Made by a program: the position numbers and the translations under genes | Notes under the pieces: model-generated | The model's input: the letters and a program-made list of their open reading frames with translations, nothing else | Database searches by the model: none | Told to the model about the DNA's origin: nothing | Part shown: in pieces, positions 28,886-43,221 of the stretch | Numbering within the stretch: position 1 is the stretch's first letter | How the letters are laid out: each line of letters opens with the position of its first letter | NCBI RefSeq assembly: GCF_009914755.1 | Contig: NC_060928.1 | Length of the DNA stretch: 64,000 nucleotides | From: the human T2T-CHM13v2.0 reference genome, Homo sapiens | Reading direction: 5' to 3' (one strand)

Positions 28886-29367
28886 CTTCAACTGAACCCA
28901 TCATCCAAATAGTGAACATATTACCAAATAGATAGTTTTTCAACACTTACCCCCACCATTCCTTCCCTGTTTTGGAGTCCCCAGTGTCTATTTTTCCCAT
29001 CTTTATGTCCACATGTATTCAGTGTTAGCTCCCACTTATAAGCGAGACCATGTGGTATTTGGTTTTCTGTTTCTGCGTTAATTCACTTAGAATAATGGCC
29101 ACCAGCTGCATCTGTGTTGCTGCAGAGGACATGACTTCCTTCTTTTTATGGCTCTGCCGTATTCCATGATGTCTTTCTACCACATTGCCTTTATCCAATC
29201 CACCACTGATAGGCACCTGGGTTGATTCCATGTCTTTCCTATTGAGAATAGTGCTGTGATAAAAATGCAAATGCTGGTGTCTTTTTGGTAAAAAGATTTA
29301 TTCTCCTTTGGGTAAATACCCAGTAGTAGAATTGCTGCACATGTACCCCCCTGAATCTAAATTAAAT
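28886..29367. mobile_element. Old L1PA (PA15/16-like) 3' fragment with 5' inversion (antisense 28886-29337, sense ~29335-29367)
   Basis: Antisense 3'UTR/ORF2 end, followed by sense terminus ctgcacatgtacccccctgaatctaaattaaa. Confidence 0.8.
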
Positions 29368-29558
29368 ATATACATATATATATATATATATGTGTGTGTG
29401 TGTATATATATATGTGTGTGTGTATATATATATGTGTGTGTGTATATATATGTGTATATATGTGTATATATGTATATATATGTGTATATATATGTGTATA
29501 TATATATGTGTGTGTGTGTATATATATATATGTGTGTGTGTATATATATATATATATA

Positions 29559-29589
<31 letters not shown>

Positions 29590-29610
29590 GTGTGTATATA
29601 TATATATATA
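29367..29610. repeat. ~240-bp compound (TA)n/(TG)n microsatellite at the L1 tail position
   Basis: Directly visible alternating purine-pyrimidine tract. Confidence 0.95.
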
Positions 29611-30564
29611 ACCCAGGTGGCTGAGGTGGAAGGATCACTGGAGCCTAGGATTTCGAGGCTGTCATGAGCAATGATCATGCCTTTGCACAGCACAGTGAGA
29701 CCCTGACTCAAAAAGTGTTAGGAAAATTTTCTGTGAATGGAAATACATAGATATTCAATACAATCTCATAACAAAGTGTATTGAGGATTATGTTTTTCAC
29801 CTAAGTTATAGAACCTTGATCAATACTATTTTATTGCTACAGATTGTCAGATTGAAAAGTAATTGATATTTTCATTTCAATACTGACTTCATGAGAGATT
29901 CCAATCATTGTATTTAATCTAGTCATTCATTAGGTTTACCATGAACAAAGGCAGTTAATTATTTTAACAAAAAGAAGTATATAAATGATAATATTATATA
30001 TTCATGGGAGATTTTGGATTTTTCTTAGAAAGATCATAAATAAATTTGAAGGAGAATTTTTAGGGGTATAAGATGGATGAACATATGTTCTAGCAAAAAA
30101 AGCCATGCTTGCCATAACTCTCTACATGAGGACAGCTCTTGACACTCCCTAGTCAATGCCAATTCCAAAACATTTTTTTAGCTATTTCTATTGTCACCAA
30201 GAGATCCTTAAATAAGTAGCTGCAGTTGGAAATTAAGATAAAAAATGCACATAGTTTTGTGTCTTCTATCATCCCCACAAAGTGTTGCCTAGAATTCAAC
30301 CAACCATCTGTCATCTCATACAAGTCCCATAGCCAATATAAGAAGACAGAGATTCAGGCTATTTTTTAAGTGATTTGTAAAGAAGCACATTTAATTGCTG
30401 AATATTATTATCCCAGTAATTAAAAAGTGGCATGGAGGATAATGACACCGAATCCAATAAGTTGATTTAAATCCTTTCTCTAATCACTATTATAAGATAA
30501 GTACATTTATTTTAACTCTTTCATAAAAATAGATATTAATATAGTTTTTGCCCATTATTTTATT

Positions 30565-33500
30565 AGTTAGGTATATCACATTTGTTGATTTACATGTGTT
30601 GTATCATTCTTGCATCTCTTCAGTAAATCTCACTTGATAATGATGAATGATTTCTTTTAATGGGCTACTGAATTTGGTTTTTTAGTGTTTTGTTGAGAAT
30701 GTTTGCATCTGTGTTCCTCAGGGATATTGACCTGTAGTCTTCTTTGCCTGTAGTGTCCTTTTCTGGATTTGGTATCAGGAGGATGCTAGTCTTGTACAAC
30801 AAGTTTGAAAGTATTCCCTCCTTTTCAAATTTTTTGGAAGAGTATGAGAAGGATTTTTATTCATTTTTTAATGTTTGGTAAAATTTAGCAGTGTAGCCGT
30901 CAATTCCTGGGCATTTCTTTGATGGGAGACGTTTTACTACTAATTCAATCTCTTTATTTGTTATTTGTCTCTTCAGATGCTCTGTTTCTTCCTGATTTAG
31001 TCTTGGTAGGTTGCATGCTTCTAGGAATTCATCCCTTCCTTCTAGGTGAACTAATTGGTTAGTATATAGTTATTCATACTATTCTTTTATGATCTTTGCA
31101 TTTCTGTGGCACCAGTCATAATGTCTTGTCTTTCGTTTCTGATTTTGAGTCTTCACTTTTCCTTTCTTTGTAAGTCTAACTAAAGTTTTGTTGATTTTAT
31201 CTTTTAAATAAACAACTTTTAGTTTTGTTGATTCTTTTATTGTTTTCCTATTTTCTATTTATTTTTCCTCTCATCTTTCATCTCAATAGATGCAGAAAAA
31301 TAATTCGACAAAATCAACATCTGTTCATAGTAAAATCTCTCAAAAAATAGGTACAGAAGGAATCTATTTCAACATAGTAAAGGTCGTATATGACAAGCTC
31401 ATAGCTTACCTCAAATGCAAGGTAAAAATTAGACATCTTTTCTTCTAAGATAAACAACAAGACAAAGATGCCCACTCCCACCACTTTCATTCAACATATT
31501 ATTGGAGTCTTGGCAAGAGCAATTTGGCAAAAGATAAAAATAAAAAATTCATCCATACAGGAAAAGGAGAAGTGAAATTATCTCTATTTGGTGTTTGATA
31601 AATTATCATCTCTGGTATGACCGCTTATACAGAAAACCCTAAAGACTGCATCAGAATACTGTTAGAACTGAGAAATTCAATGAAGTGGCAGGTTTGAAAA
31701 TCAACATTAAAAAATGAGTACCATTTCTATACACTAAGAACAAACTATCCCCCCCCACAAAAAATTAAGAAAACAATCTTATTTATAGTGGCATCAAAAA
31801 ATACTTAGGAGTAAATTTAACTAAGGAGATCAAAGATCTGTGCACTGAAAGCTATAAAACTTTCAGTTACTTTCAGTAACTTTTAAGTTACAATGAATGT
31901 AACTGAAGGAGAAACAAGTAAAGAATATTCCATGTATATGGATTGAAATAATTAATATTGTTAACAAATCCATACTACCCAAGGAAGTCTACAGATCCAA
32001 TGCAATTTCCATAAAACTCCAATGTTCTTTTTCAAAAAATAGAACAATTTTATAACTTGTATAAAACCTGAAAAGACCTCCAAATAGCCAGAACAATCTT
32101 GAGCAAAAAGAACAAAGCTGGAGGCATCATACTCCTGATTTTAAAATATATCATAAAGCTATTATAATCAAAACAGCATGATACTGGAATTAGAAAACAC
32201 ATTTACCAATGGAACCGGATAGAAAGTCCAGAAATAAATCCATGTATTTAAGGTCAATTGATTTTTGAAGAAGCTGCCATAATGGGGAAGTTACAGTCTC
32301 TTCAATAAATGGTGTTTGGATAACCAAATATCCTCTTGCAGAAGAATAAAATTGGACCCTCATCTCAAACCATATGCAAAAATAAACTAAAAATGGATAA
32401 GGACTTTAAGGTAAGCCCTGAAATTGTAAAACTACTAGAAGAAAACATAAGGGAAAATCTCTGCAATATTGGTCTGGACAGTGATTTATTTATTGGAAAT
32501 AATTTCAAAGCCACAGGAATCAAAAGCAAAAATAGATAAATTGAATTAAGTCAAATTAAAAGGCTTCTATACAGCAAAGGAAACAATTAAGAGAGTGAAG
32601 GGACAACCCACAAATTGGGAGAAAATATTTGCAAGCCACACATCTGATAATGGACTAGTAGCTGAAATACATAAGGAAATCATACAATTCTACAACAAGA
32701 AAACAAATAATTCAATTTAAAAGTTGAGCAAAGGACCAGAAAAGCCATTTCTCAGATTAAAAACTACAAATGGCCAACAGATATATAAAAAATGCTCAAC
32801 ATCTTTAATCAGCAGGGAAATGCAAATTAAAACCACAATAAATATCACTTCATACCTGTTAGAATGGCTATTATCAAAAAGATGAATGATAGTTAAGTGT
32901 TGGTGAGGATGTAGAGGAAAGATAACCTCTGTACACTGTTAGTGGGAAAGTAAACTAGTACAACAATTTTTGGGAAATGGTATAGAGGTTCTGCAAAAAT
33001 CTAAAAATAGAATTATTGTTTAATCTACCAATCCCAGTGTTTTTTTTTTTTTTTTTTAGATGGGGGTCTTGCTCTGCCACTAAGGCTATAGTGCAGTGGT
33101 GTGCTCAAAGCAGCCTTATATTCCTGGGCTGAAGTAGTCTTCCCACCTCAGTCTCCTGAGTAGCTGAAACTACAGGCACGTATCACCACACCAGGCCCCC
33201 CTTCTAAGCATATGCACAAAGGAATTGAAACCCGTATGTTCAAGAGATATCTTCACCTACGTGTTTATTTCAATATTATTCACAATTGTGAAGATGGAAG
33301 AAACATAAATGTTCATAAACAGAAGAATAGATAAAGAAAATGTGGTATGTGTACGTGCACAGTGGAATATTCTACAGCCTTTAAAAAGAAGAAAAGTCTT
33401 TTTTTCACAATAATATGAATGAAGCTAAAGGGCATTATGCAAAGTGAAATAAGCCAAGCACAGAAAGCAAATACTGTATGAGCTCACTTACATGTACAGT

Positions 33501-33870
33501 GTAAAACGATTGATCTCATAGAAACAGAGAGTAGAAGGGTGGTTATGGGAGGTAAGAGGTAGACAGGGGTAGGTCCAGGCAAAGGAATGATATTGATCAA
33601 GGAGTAAAATCTTTTAGTTAGATTGGAACAATAAGTTTTAGTGATCTATTGCACTACATAGTGACCACAATTAATGATAATGCATTGTATATTTCAAAAT
33701 TGCTAAAAGAATAGATTTTTAATGTTCTCATCACAAAAAAGTAAGTGCAGTAATAGATATATTAATCAGCTTGACTCTTTCTATAATATACAAATGGATC
33801 AAAACATAACATTGTACCCTGTAAATATACATAAGTATGGTTTTTCAATTACAAACAAATACATAATTTT
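30565..33870 (+). mobile_element. L1MA-type element with 5' inversion (antisense ~30565-31270, sense ~31277-33870)
   Basis: Sense part starts tcatctcaatagatgcagaaaa (ISIDAEK) and runs through ORF2 to an L1MA-like 3'UTR; antisense part is the upstream ORF2 region. Confidence 0.88.
33040..33197 (-). mobile_element. Alu right monomer (FRAM-like) inside L1MA
   Basis: poly-T, gtgcagtgg..ctcctgagtagctgaaactacaggc. Confidence 0.8.
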
Positions 33871-35271
33871 TAAAAAGTAACAAAGGAATATTTATAACAA
33901 TGTTAATAATATAGGTAAAATAATATAAATATAAGTGCTAATATAACACATTTAAATGTCACACATTCTTAACACAACTCCTTGTAGCAGTGACTTTCAT
34001 AATCATAACATTTCTTAAATCAGATAACTGATTATATTCATACTTTGCAAGAAGACAAATGAAACCCTAAGAGATATCTCTTCACATATAAAAAAAATAA
34101 AAAATAAAAAAATAAAAAAATAAAAAGTTAAATGAAAACTTCAGATCATTGCTGGGATAGTTCTGATATGTTTTTAAATCTACATGATTTTTATTGTGGA
34201 TCCTTTTATTATAATAAACTGCTAACTGAGGAGCACTTAATGTGAATTTAATTCATTTATTTTATGTGAAACTCACATAGTTTAAATAAACATATAAATC
34301 TTATCTTTCTATACACTGAGATCAGAGATATTTTGATAATCTAGCTAGTTCTATATAAATTCAAGATTACAAAAATGCCACCAAGTAGAGAAGCAAAAAA
34401 CTTCTTTCATCTATGTTTTCTTCAACTATTCATGAGTTTCTTTAAGTTTATTCCGGAGGAAAGATTCATAATTTTACTTCAGGACACAAAGACTTAGTCA
34501 GTATATTATACTTCTAGTTCAAAGCATGTAAGAAAACCAAACCAGCAAAGCAAATTTATTTGATGTTGCTTTGTGTTAGAATCTAGGGAAAATAAATACT
34601 TTGATCAATTTTCTGCCTTGGAAATGTCCTCTAGTAGAAATGCTCCAAAGTAGTCTTTGATACAGCTCGCATAGCATACGTGTCAATCTTCAATTGAATT
34701 TGGTGCACAGGTTGTAGGAAAGATCAAGTTATCCAATATGTATATACTTTATTAATTTCTATCATGATTAAATAAGAAAAGTTCCTTCAACTTCTTAGTT
34801 TCTTGACCCCAAATTAGTAATAATTATAATGTATTTACACAGATTGCAGAAAAGCGATACTAGGTGAACATGAACATAAACATTTAAAAATGAAAACACG
34901 GCTTCAACAAGTGAAAAAAGCCGGATGTAAAATGCCTTTAGTATATCTAGTACATTTAGGAATAAACATTTATGTCAAATCAAAGTATAAAGTAATTATC
35001 TAAAAGCTTCTTTAGAACTGAGACAGAATACCTATTTTATAATTACTTAGGAACAATTAGGTGGTTTCAAATGCAAACTATTTTAGGCCAGCACATATGT
35101 AACAGTTTATTTCTACATTTAACTATTAAGATAATTGTTTAAAGGAGGGAAACGTGCTATTTCATAACTTAGAAGAATAAACATTATTATATGTTAAAGA
35201 TATAATTTATTATATGTCCATTCTATTCCAGGTAAATATTTTTCAATAATTTTCAGAAAAGTTGAGAAGTA

Positions 35272-35400
35272 CATATTATTATTATTATAATTTCACAAAT
35301 GAGAAAAAAATGATTTTCAGAGACTCGAGAAGATAGGGATAGTCACAAAGTTGGAAAGTGATCTTACTGAAATTTGAACCTTGATCTGTCTAGCACAAAC
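35272..35400 (-). mobile_element. MIR fragment
   Basis: tttcacaaatgagaaaa..gtcacaaagttggaaagtg..atttgaaccttgatctgtct. Confidence 0.55.
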
Positions 35401-37719
35401 AGTATCACATAAAAATATAACACATTACAACACATGGGCACTCTCCCTGCACTGCCCCCCATACAAAACAAATACATTTACTGATATAAAAAGTTTTATG
35501 ATGTTTGAAGGTAACATCAGCAATTGCATTTTATTTAAACTATAAGTTTTGTCTGATAAAATTATCTAAAGTCATCATGTCCAATTGCAGAGACATTTCT
35601 ACAATGGTAAGTGTAGGAATAAGGAACTCCTTTTGTTGGATTTTTGTTATAGAAACTCACAACAATGTGAGTAACCAAACTAGTTCTCTGTATTTGCTAT
35701 GTAAACATTGATGGAATTTTTGTCTATTTTTTAAAATTTGTTCTTTGGAATATTATCTAGCATCCAGATAATTATATATTTTTTAAAAATAGGAAAATGT
35801 TTTATACACAATGTACAACTAATTTTCACAGGCCAAAGTGATGGTTTCAAGCAATCTACTCTGACTGTACAGGGAAAAAACCGATTCTTTACTGTTTGCA
35901 TAAGATTGTGCTTTTAGTATAGACACAAAATGCAATCTTTTAAACTTTCTGATATTACTAAAATGCAAGTCAATTTTTTCTATGTCTTCTTAAAACATTT
36001 TTATATTGTATACAAAATACAATTCAGTTATTTAGCATATTTGAAAATATAATTTGTATTTGAAAGGTGAATAACATAAACATCTTTGTTTTGGGACATG
36101 TTCAAAAATAAAACAAAGAGTAACATATTTAGTTTACATCCATCCAGTGCAATTTTACTTCACTGTCTTTACTATTGTCTATTAAGTTGGCTACTCAAGG
36201 AATTTCTATAATATAGCTAATGAAAGACTCAAAATACAGAAAAGATGCCAGGCATATTTGCCAGGTATATTTGCCTGAAATTTCCCATAATGTCAACTGC
36301 ATAATACGCTACTGAATAATTATGATATATTTATCAATAGAGTTTTCAAAAATTGGTACATTAGTTTATATTTATATAATTTCTCTTAAGATTGAGAAAA
36401 GCATCAGAAGTATGTATACTCTATAAAAATCAACTAAATTAACAAGCTATTTGAATAAACCTGAGAGATCTTTGGAAACCTATTGCTTGCATGCTTAAAG
36501 TCACTATTTATCAAAAGAAATGAATGAACAACACTCCAGAAAGTTTTGCCAGCTCTTTAAGTTTAAAATATACATTTATTTATCCAATGTTTGATTGTGT
36601 GGATCTAAAAAATATTAAATTAATATTGTCCAAAAACATATATTACCCTTTTATTCATTTTAGCTCTTCTGTCCTATAATGAAGTAGAGTAAGAAGTGAA
36701 TAAAAACAGTTGCAACAAAACATAGTTGGTTACTCATAATTTTAAATAAATAGTAGAATTTCCTAATGGAAAACATCCGAAAAATTTTGATGAAAAGAAA
36801 ATTAGAAGAACCAGTGTTACCTGATTCAGGGCTGCAAATAAATCTGAAAATAGGGAGAATCAAAAAAGGTAAGACTTTTTATTGATATTTTTATTTTTAT
36901 TATAATTAGTATATTATTAATAATAAAGTTTACTTTAGGACTTAATTCAATTCCAACATACATATTTGTCTTATTTTATTGACTTTAAAAAATATTAGAT
37001 TACTCTGACTCTAGGTGGGAAATGTACGACATTTAACAGAGGATTACTGAATATATACAAACCAGTGAATTCTATTTGCTGGTCTTAAATAAAATAACTT
37101 TAAAAGATCATACCACTTAAATAGAAGGGCATTGTCTGCACAAATCCTTTGAGTTAACTTTTACAATTATTTAAAAATCATCATGTGTACCATTCAAGTA
37201 AAGTAATAATTTCAATAAAGTGCAATTTTTATATTTTCATCAGGATAAAACTTTATCCAGTAAATATTAAAGTTTGGAGTTCAGCTCTAATTTTTAACTC
37301 ATTGTCTAGCTCTTTAGGCACAAAGTAAATTTAACTTTTCTAGATCTCAATTTACAAATACTTAAAACCAAAAATCTAAGTTAAAATTTTCAGTTTGAAA
37401 ATATTTTCAAAACTGCTATAACTTCCTCAAATGCCTTCTTGTTTCATCTACGACCCTCTAATATCTTTCTCTCCTGAACTATATACTTCTTTTTATAAAG
37501 CAAATTTTATGAAAGCAAGATAAACTTTGAGGTTCTATCATTTGTAGCCATTTTCATGCATGTGCATGTAAACCTCTGCATTTATATGTGATCACTTATA
37601 GTATTTACACCAATCCTGGTTTTAATTATCTTATGAGATGTACAGCTTCAGGCCTAAACCTTATGTGTGATCCTTCAGGCCCAACCAGTGGCTTTGCCTG
37701 CTACATCTCGTGGAAACAG

Positions 37720-38167
37720 CAGCCAAACCCATATTGGATGTCATACACAGTTAATGCACTGCAGTTTTCTGGAGGGAATTTCAGTCAAGGATTCAGGCCC
37801 ACTGTACTAGCTTGCTTATACACATTGTTGTGTCCAAGCCAAGGTATCTCCATGCAGAGCCCTCCTTTTCAGGGGCATTGGCTGAGGCACTTTTCTACCC
37901 CTAACCCTTCCCCCAGTACTTCCTCTTGTCCTCCAGGTCCATAAAAAAGCAAAAACTTTTGTTTAGGACATCACAGCAATAGGACAGTTCTATCTATCTG
38001 TGCTGCATGTCATGTGACCGTCACTCAGTGCCAAATACAGAGAAAAATGGAACCCTGGGGAACTGGCATCTTTTATTTTTGTCTCTTACCTTCACTGCCA
38101 CAGTAAGGGAATAGATGCTTGATTGTTATTTCAGTTTGGTTCATTGTCCTAATTGACCAGCTTGGCA
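37720..38167 (+). mobile_element. Probable old ERV solo LTR, family not identified
   Basis: GC-richer island with TATA-like cataaaaa, ending ..ttgattgtta..ttggca; resemblance only. Confidence 0.3.
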
Positions 38168-38885
38168 ATTGCAAGCTCAACACGTGTGTGTGTGTGTGCA
38201 TGTGTGGTGTGTGTGTGCGTGTGTGTGGTGTATGTTTATAAGCAATTGCATTTCACTCCTAAGCAACTTTATTAAAAAGACATTATTATTATTGTCATTT
38301 TATATAGGAAGAAATCACATCAGAGAGAGAATGCTTTGCTCAGATTCACATATTGATTAACTGGAGAAGTTAAATTTTCATTTAATATCTTTTTCCTGAC
38401 AGGCTTTTTTCTCATGATAGTACTTACAGAAATTATTTACCATTTTGTTTAACATCTGTTGATGCTACTAATGTAAATTTTCCATGAGCCTTTTAATTCC
38501 TAGCCCTACTCCTTACAGGCAATTCTGATTAGTACTAACTTTAAAGTTATCTATTAATCCTATCCTTCTTTTCTAGGCTATCTGTATATATGCATATATA
38601 CATGCATTCATACATAGTTACGCACTTAAAATGTTGTTGCAATTTGTTTCTTTTTATGTAAAAAAATATTTTAACATATTTCATATCTACATTTATCTAT
38701 TATGTACACGTCTATTCAAAGCTTCTTAATGAATTCATAGCAATCTTTTGCATAAGTATGTCATATTATACTAAACCCTCTATTTTTATGCATATGTAAG
38801 TTTACTTTGATTTTGTTTTACCTGCAAGATTTAGCTTTGTAAAAGAAACTACATTAATAATATTTCATCACATATATGTAATTAT

Positions 38886-39297
38886 TATTATGAGTTGAGT
38901 TATAACTTCCCAATATGCATATGTTGAAGTCCTAACTCCCGGTACCTCAGAATGTGGCCTTATTTAGAGATAGGGTCATTATAGAGTAATCAAGTTAAAA
39001 TGAGGTTATTAAAGTGGGACCTAAAGCAATATGATTGGTACTCTTATAAGATGGGGACATTTGAACACAGAGACAGGCATGGCGGGAAGGTAATCAAGAA
39101 TGTGATGAGATGTAGGTAGAAGCCAGCCAGCTCCAAGCTAAGCAGAGAGGCCTAGAACAGATTATTCCCTCACAGTGCTCAGAAAAAAACAACCCTGGAA
39201 GCACCTCAATCCCCAGAACTTTGAGCCAATAAATTTGTATTGTTTAAGCCATCTTGCCTATGGTATTTTGTTATGACAGCCCCAGAAAACTAATGCA
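38886..39297 (+). mobile_element. MLT1B-like MaLR solo LTR
   Basis: tatgttgaagtcctaactcccggtacctcagaatgtg..aagttaaaatgagg..aataaattt..tgtttaagcca..tggtattttgttatg. Confidence 0.85.
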
Positions 39298-40639
39298 TAT
39301 ATTCTTTCAAGTAATTTTGTTGAGTGCCATCATGAATTTCTTACACATTTTTGTTATATAATGCCAAGTTGTTCTCTGAAAAGTTTATGTCAATTTATAT
39401 TGTATATAATATTTTTTATATTGGAAAATTATTTAAGTAGTAACCCTCTCATAATTTCTACATGTGAAAAATGCTAAATATTTCTTTGGCCAGGGGAAAA
39501 CTAGTGAATATGGGTGGCAATATGCTTCTGGAATATTTTTCCTAATGTTAAATTTGTGACTTGTAAAGGGACACAGTTTAAGTGACTGTTTAAACAGTAT
39601 GGTTTAAAGTAGGAATGAAGGGATTTGAATAAGTATACAGAATTTGGTTATTTTAATGCAATCTGATGTCTAGATTATGGTATAAATTTTAAAAGTTTTC
39701 CTGGATGCTAACTCAGAATATAACCAAAGTCTGGCATAAAATGGGCATAAGGATATTGGATGGATGGATGGAAGATTAGCTGGATGGATTACTTTTGTAT
39801 TTAAAGACACTATGAAAACCAACTGAGTTCTTATAGCTCACAGAGACATAAATTTGATTCAGAGACATCTAAACATTCTGACCTTAAAACTGCAGGAAAG
39901 AAAAGAGCAAACTTGATTTTTTTCATGGATTTAAAAAGGTTTTAGATTCAGTCTTGACAGGTGCGAAATTTTCTCCCATTGATAAAGGATTCTGAGATCA
40001 ATGAACTCACATGTTGGAGAGGACTGTAAAGCTTTTGAGTAGAAATAAAGTCATTTTTTTTTCAGATTTCCATAGTATTTTTAACTGGATCATGTCCAAT
40101 GTTCTGTGACTTTCTTTAAAGTCAAACTTAGGACATCTTCGAGTTATTCAGTTTCTGCCCTTTTGGTATAGCTTATTTTAAAGAGGAATAAATGAAGCTG
40201 GAAATGATTTATGCCCATGAGCATGTCATTCTTTCTCTGTAATATTTAAATAAATCCATGAGAATTCTAAACTTTTTCCTAAGTTTGTAGTTATATTTTC
40301 TAATCTCCAAACAGTTATTAAGTCTACAGACTTTTATACTGCTTTTACATTCTCTGGGATTAAAAACCTTTGAACAACTATTTTTAAAACCTATTTTATT
40401 TACACTATGCACTTGGCTCCTACAAAAGTATCTGACATGTACTAAATGCACAGAAATTATTGGATAAACTAAGGAATAAAATTAGCAGACAGAAATAATC
40501 AGTAGTACAATTCTGGATTTCAAGTTGTAATGCTTTCCTGAACAACCGCATCCCATAATTTTAAAAATGTGTTTCAAGTTACTGTATACCTGAATTAACA
40601 TTTTAAATCAACTAACCAAGAAATATTTTCCTTTGGACC

Positions 40640-41390
40640 TTCTATATTTATGTAGATCCTGCCGCTTCTCACCACTATCACTGTTACCAAGACAAAGATT
40701 GACATCTTTTTACCTAGATAATGACTATAGCCTAACCCACCTTTTCAAGTTGGCCTTTGTTTCCCTTTAGGCTGCCTGTTCTCTGCCAGCAGCCTGACTG
40801 AATTTTTTAAATTTATTTGAATATATAATTATTCTGCATAAGACTCTCCAGTGGACTCACATTTTATTTTAAAAAGCCAAAGTCCTAACAATGGCTTACA
40901 AGGCTTAGAAGGTGGATCCCTCATTACCTGTCTGTCCTCTTTCACTACTAGTCTCACTCTCCCCAATCTGCTTTAGCTCATTGACCTCCTGGCTGTCCAT
41001 TCAATTCTTCAGGCAAACTTTCACAGTAGAGCATTTTTAGTTGATGTTACTAATACCTATGAGTCCTGCCCTTCCCCTAGAATTGTGTGTTGCACTCTCA
41101 CATCCTTCACAAGTTGGTTCATGTCACTCTTTCTGGGCTGTCCTTTAAAATTGCAATCCTGCTCGCTCCCATGACTCCCTCTCCCTTGACCAGCTTTATT
41201 GTTATCTTTACATGTATCAGCATGTAACATATTAGATATTTATTTTTCTTGTTTATTATTTTCTCACCACTAGAAGGTAAGCTCCGTAAGGTAGAAACTT
41301 TTATTTATTTTGCTCATTGCCATATCTGCTCTGTCGTAAGCAGTGTCTGGCACACTGTGCACATGTGCGCAAATGCATGTGAATGAAAAC
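40640..41390 (+). mobile_element. L2a 3' region
   Basis: aaagccaaagtcctaacaatggcttacaagg..actagaaggtaagctcc..cagtgtctggcac..gtgaatgaa. Confidence 0.75.
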
Positions 41391-41836
41391 ACACACACAA
41401 TGTCTGAGAATCATCTGCAGAAAAAAGAAATAAATAAATGAGCTTTCACAGTACTTAGTTCCCTTCCCTCAGAATTTGCATTTCTTTCAGCTTCCGCATG
41501 TTTAAATATTCACTAAGTGCTGCATCTTTAGGGAACTTCCCTGTCCACATTGTTTATAATTTTTGTCAACCACTATAATAAGGCGTAGCTTACTTGTTTT
41601 GAGCAGTTATTACTATATAAATTATTTGATTTACAAAACTGTTTTCATTTGGTTTCTTTCACTCTGTACAACAATGCTAGCTCCATTAGAACAAAGACAT
41701 TATGTGTGGTTAATCTGTTTCCCCAGTTCCTAGAACATTAACAAGGAAACGATGGCCAATAAGTAATTTTTTGCATATGTGAATGAGCTAAGCCTACCTA
41801 ACTGCATGGCTTAAAAGTAAAAAACTTTAGTTTTTT

Positions 41837-42104
<268 letters not shown>

Positions 42105-42850
42105 AACTTTAGTTTTTACATTGCCGTGTAGTACAGATAAGTAGCTAACAAGTTTCACTTAGCTGCTTCTATTAATTACTAAAATTCAGATGACTCTACT
42201 TAGCTAAATTATTTCTGATTTCATGACCCATTATTACAGAAGTTGTAGATGTCTCTACCAGAAGTTACCTTATAATTGGATGCCATTTATTCTTATTTGG
42301 CAATCTCACTTTACAACCAGGGCTTTATTAAATTCTAAATTTTATCGCATTTTTAATTCTCAGCTTAATGATGACACGTTATCATCAATTTTATGTTGCA
42401 TAATTAGCATTTTCTTATCTAATTATCAGAAACAAAAAATGTGAACATTATTTTCACATATGTAAAGATACTAACTGATACATGTAAGTAACAATGAGAT
42501 GAGATGGTAATAGGTGTGCCATAGGAGAATGCTATAGTATTTAAGGGACTCTAGATATATGTATCCAGCAATCCTGTAACAAGTCCTAAAATATAAAATA
42601 GAAAGTAAGGGATATTTGTAGTGGTCTACAGTCTAGCATCTCTTTCTCTAATGAGCCCATCTGATTATGACCAGCAATTCACATCTTTCTATATACCTTA
42701 ATCCCAAATTAAGGTCCTGGGCCACACTTGCAAAAGCAAAACCTCTACAGATATTCAAGTAAAAAAAAAAATAGGCACATTCACATTTTTAGTATGAAAC
42801 ATAATACACTCAAACACACACATACACACACACACACACACACACATATA

Positions 42851-43128
42851 TATTTTTTAAGACAGGATCTTGCTCTGTTGCTTAGGCTGGAGTGCAGTCG
42901 TTTGATCATGGCTCACTGTAGGCCCAACCTGCTAAGCTCAAGTGATCCTGCCACCTCAGCCTCCAAGTAGCTGAGACTGCAGACACATGCCACCATGACT
43001 TGATAATGTTTTAATTTTTTGTAGAGATAGTGTATCACTATGCTGTCCAGACTGATCTCCAACTCCTGGGCTCAAGCAATCCTCCTGCCCGCACCTCCAG
43101 AAGTGCTGAAATTAGAGGCATGAACCAA
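42851..43128 (-). mobile_element. AluJ with an adjacent (CA)n tract (42814-42845)
   Basis: gacaggatcttgctctgttgc..gatcatggctcactg..ctcctgggctcaagcaatcctcc. Confidence 0.88.
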
Positions 43129-43221
43129 ATATAAATATTTCAATTTATATATAATATATATTAATTTATTATGTATATGTAGAGAGAGAGAGATAAAGCA
43201 GTGTTTATGTTCCTTTGAAGG

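Larger units (their letters stand above)
28747..29714 (+). mobile_element. AluJ split by an L1 insertion (left arm 28747-28885, right arm ~29611-29714)
   Basis: Both arms present; aaagtgtta on both outer flanks as TSD. Confidence 0.85.

Noticed and set aside
29298-29711. Overlapping YI/CV/HT-repeat ORFs (similar ones at 25725-26058)
   Set aside because: Translations of (TA)/(TG) microsatellites.
36664-36868. Possible plus-strand exon (ttttattcattttag acceptor, AAG|gtaaga donor)
   Set aside because: Stops in all three frames and no supporting neighbouring exons; such motif pairs occur by chance. A non-coding exon cannot be excluded without RNA data.
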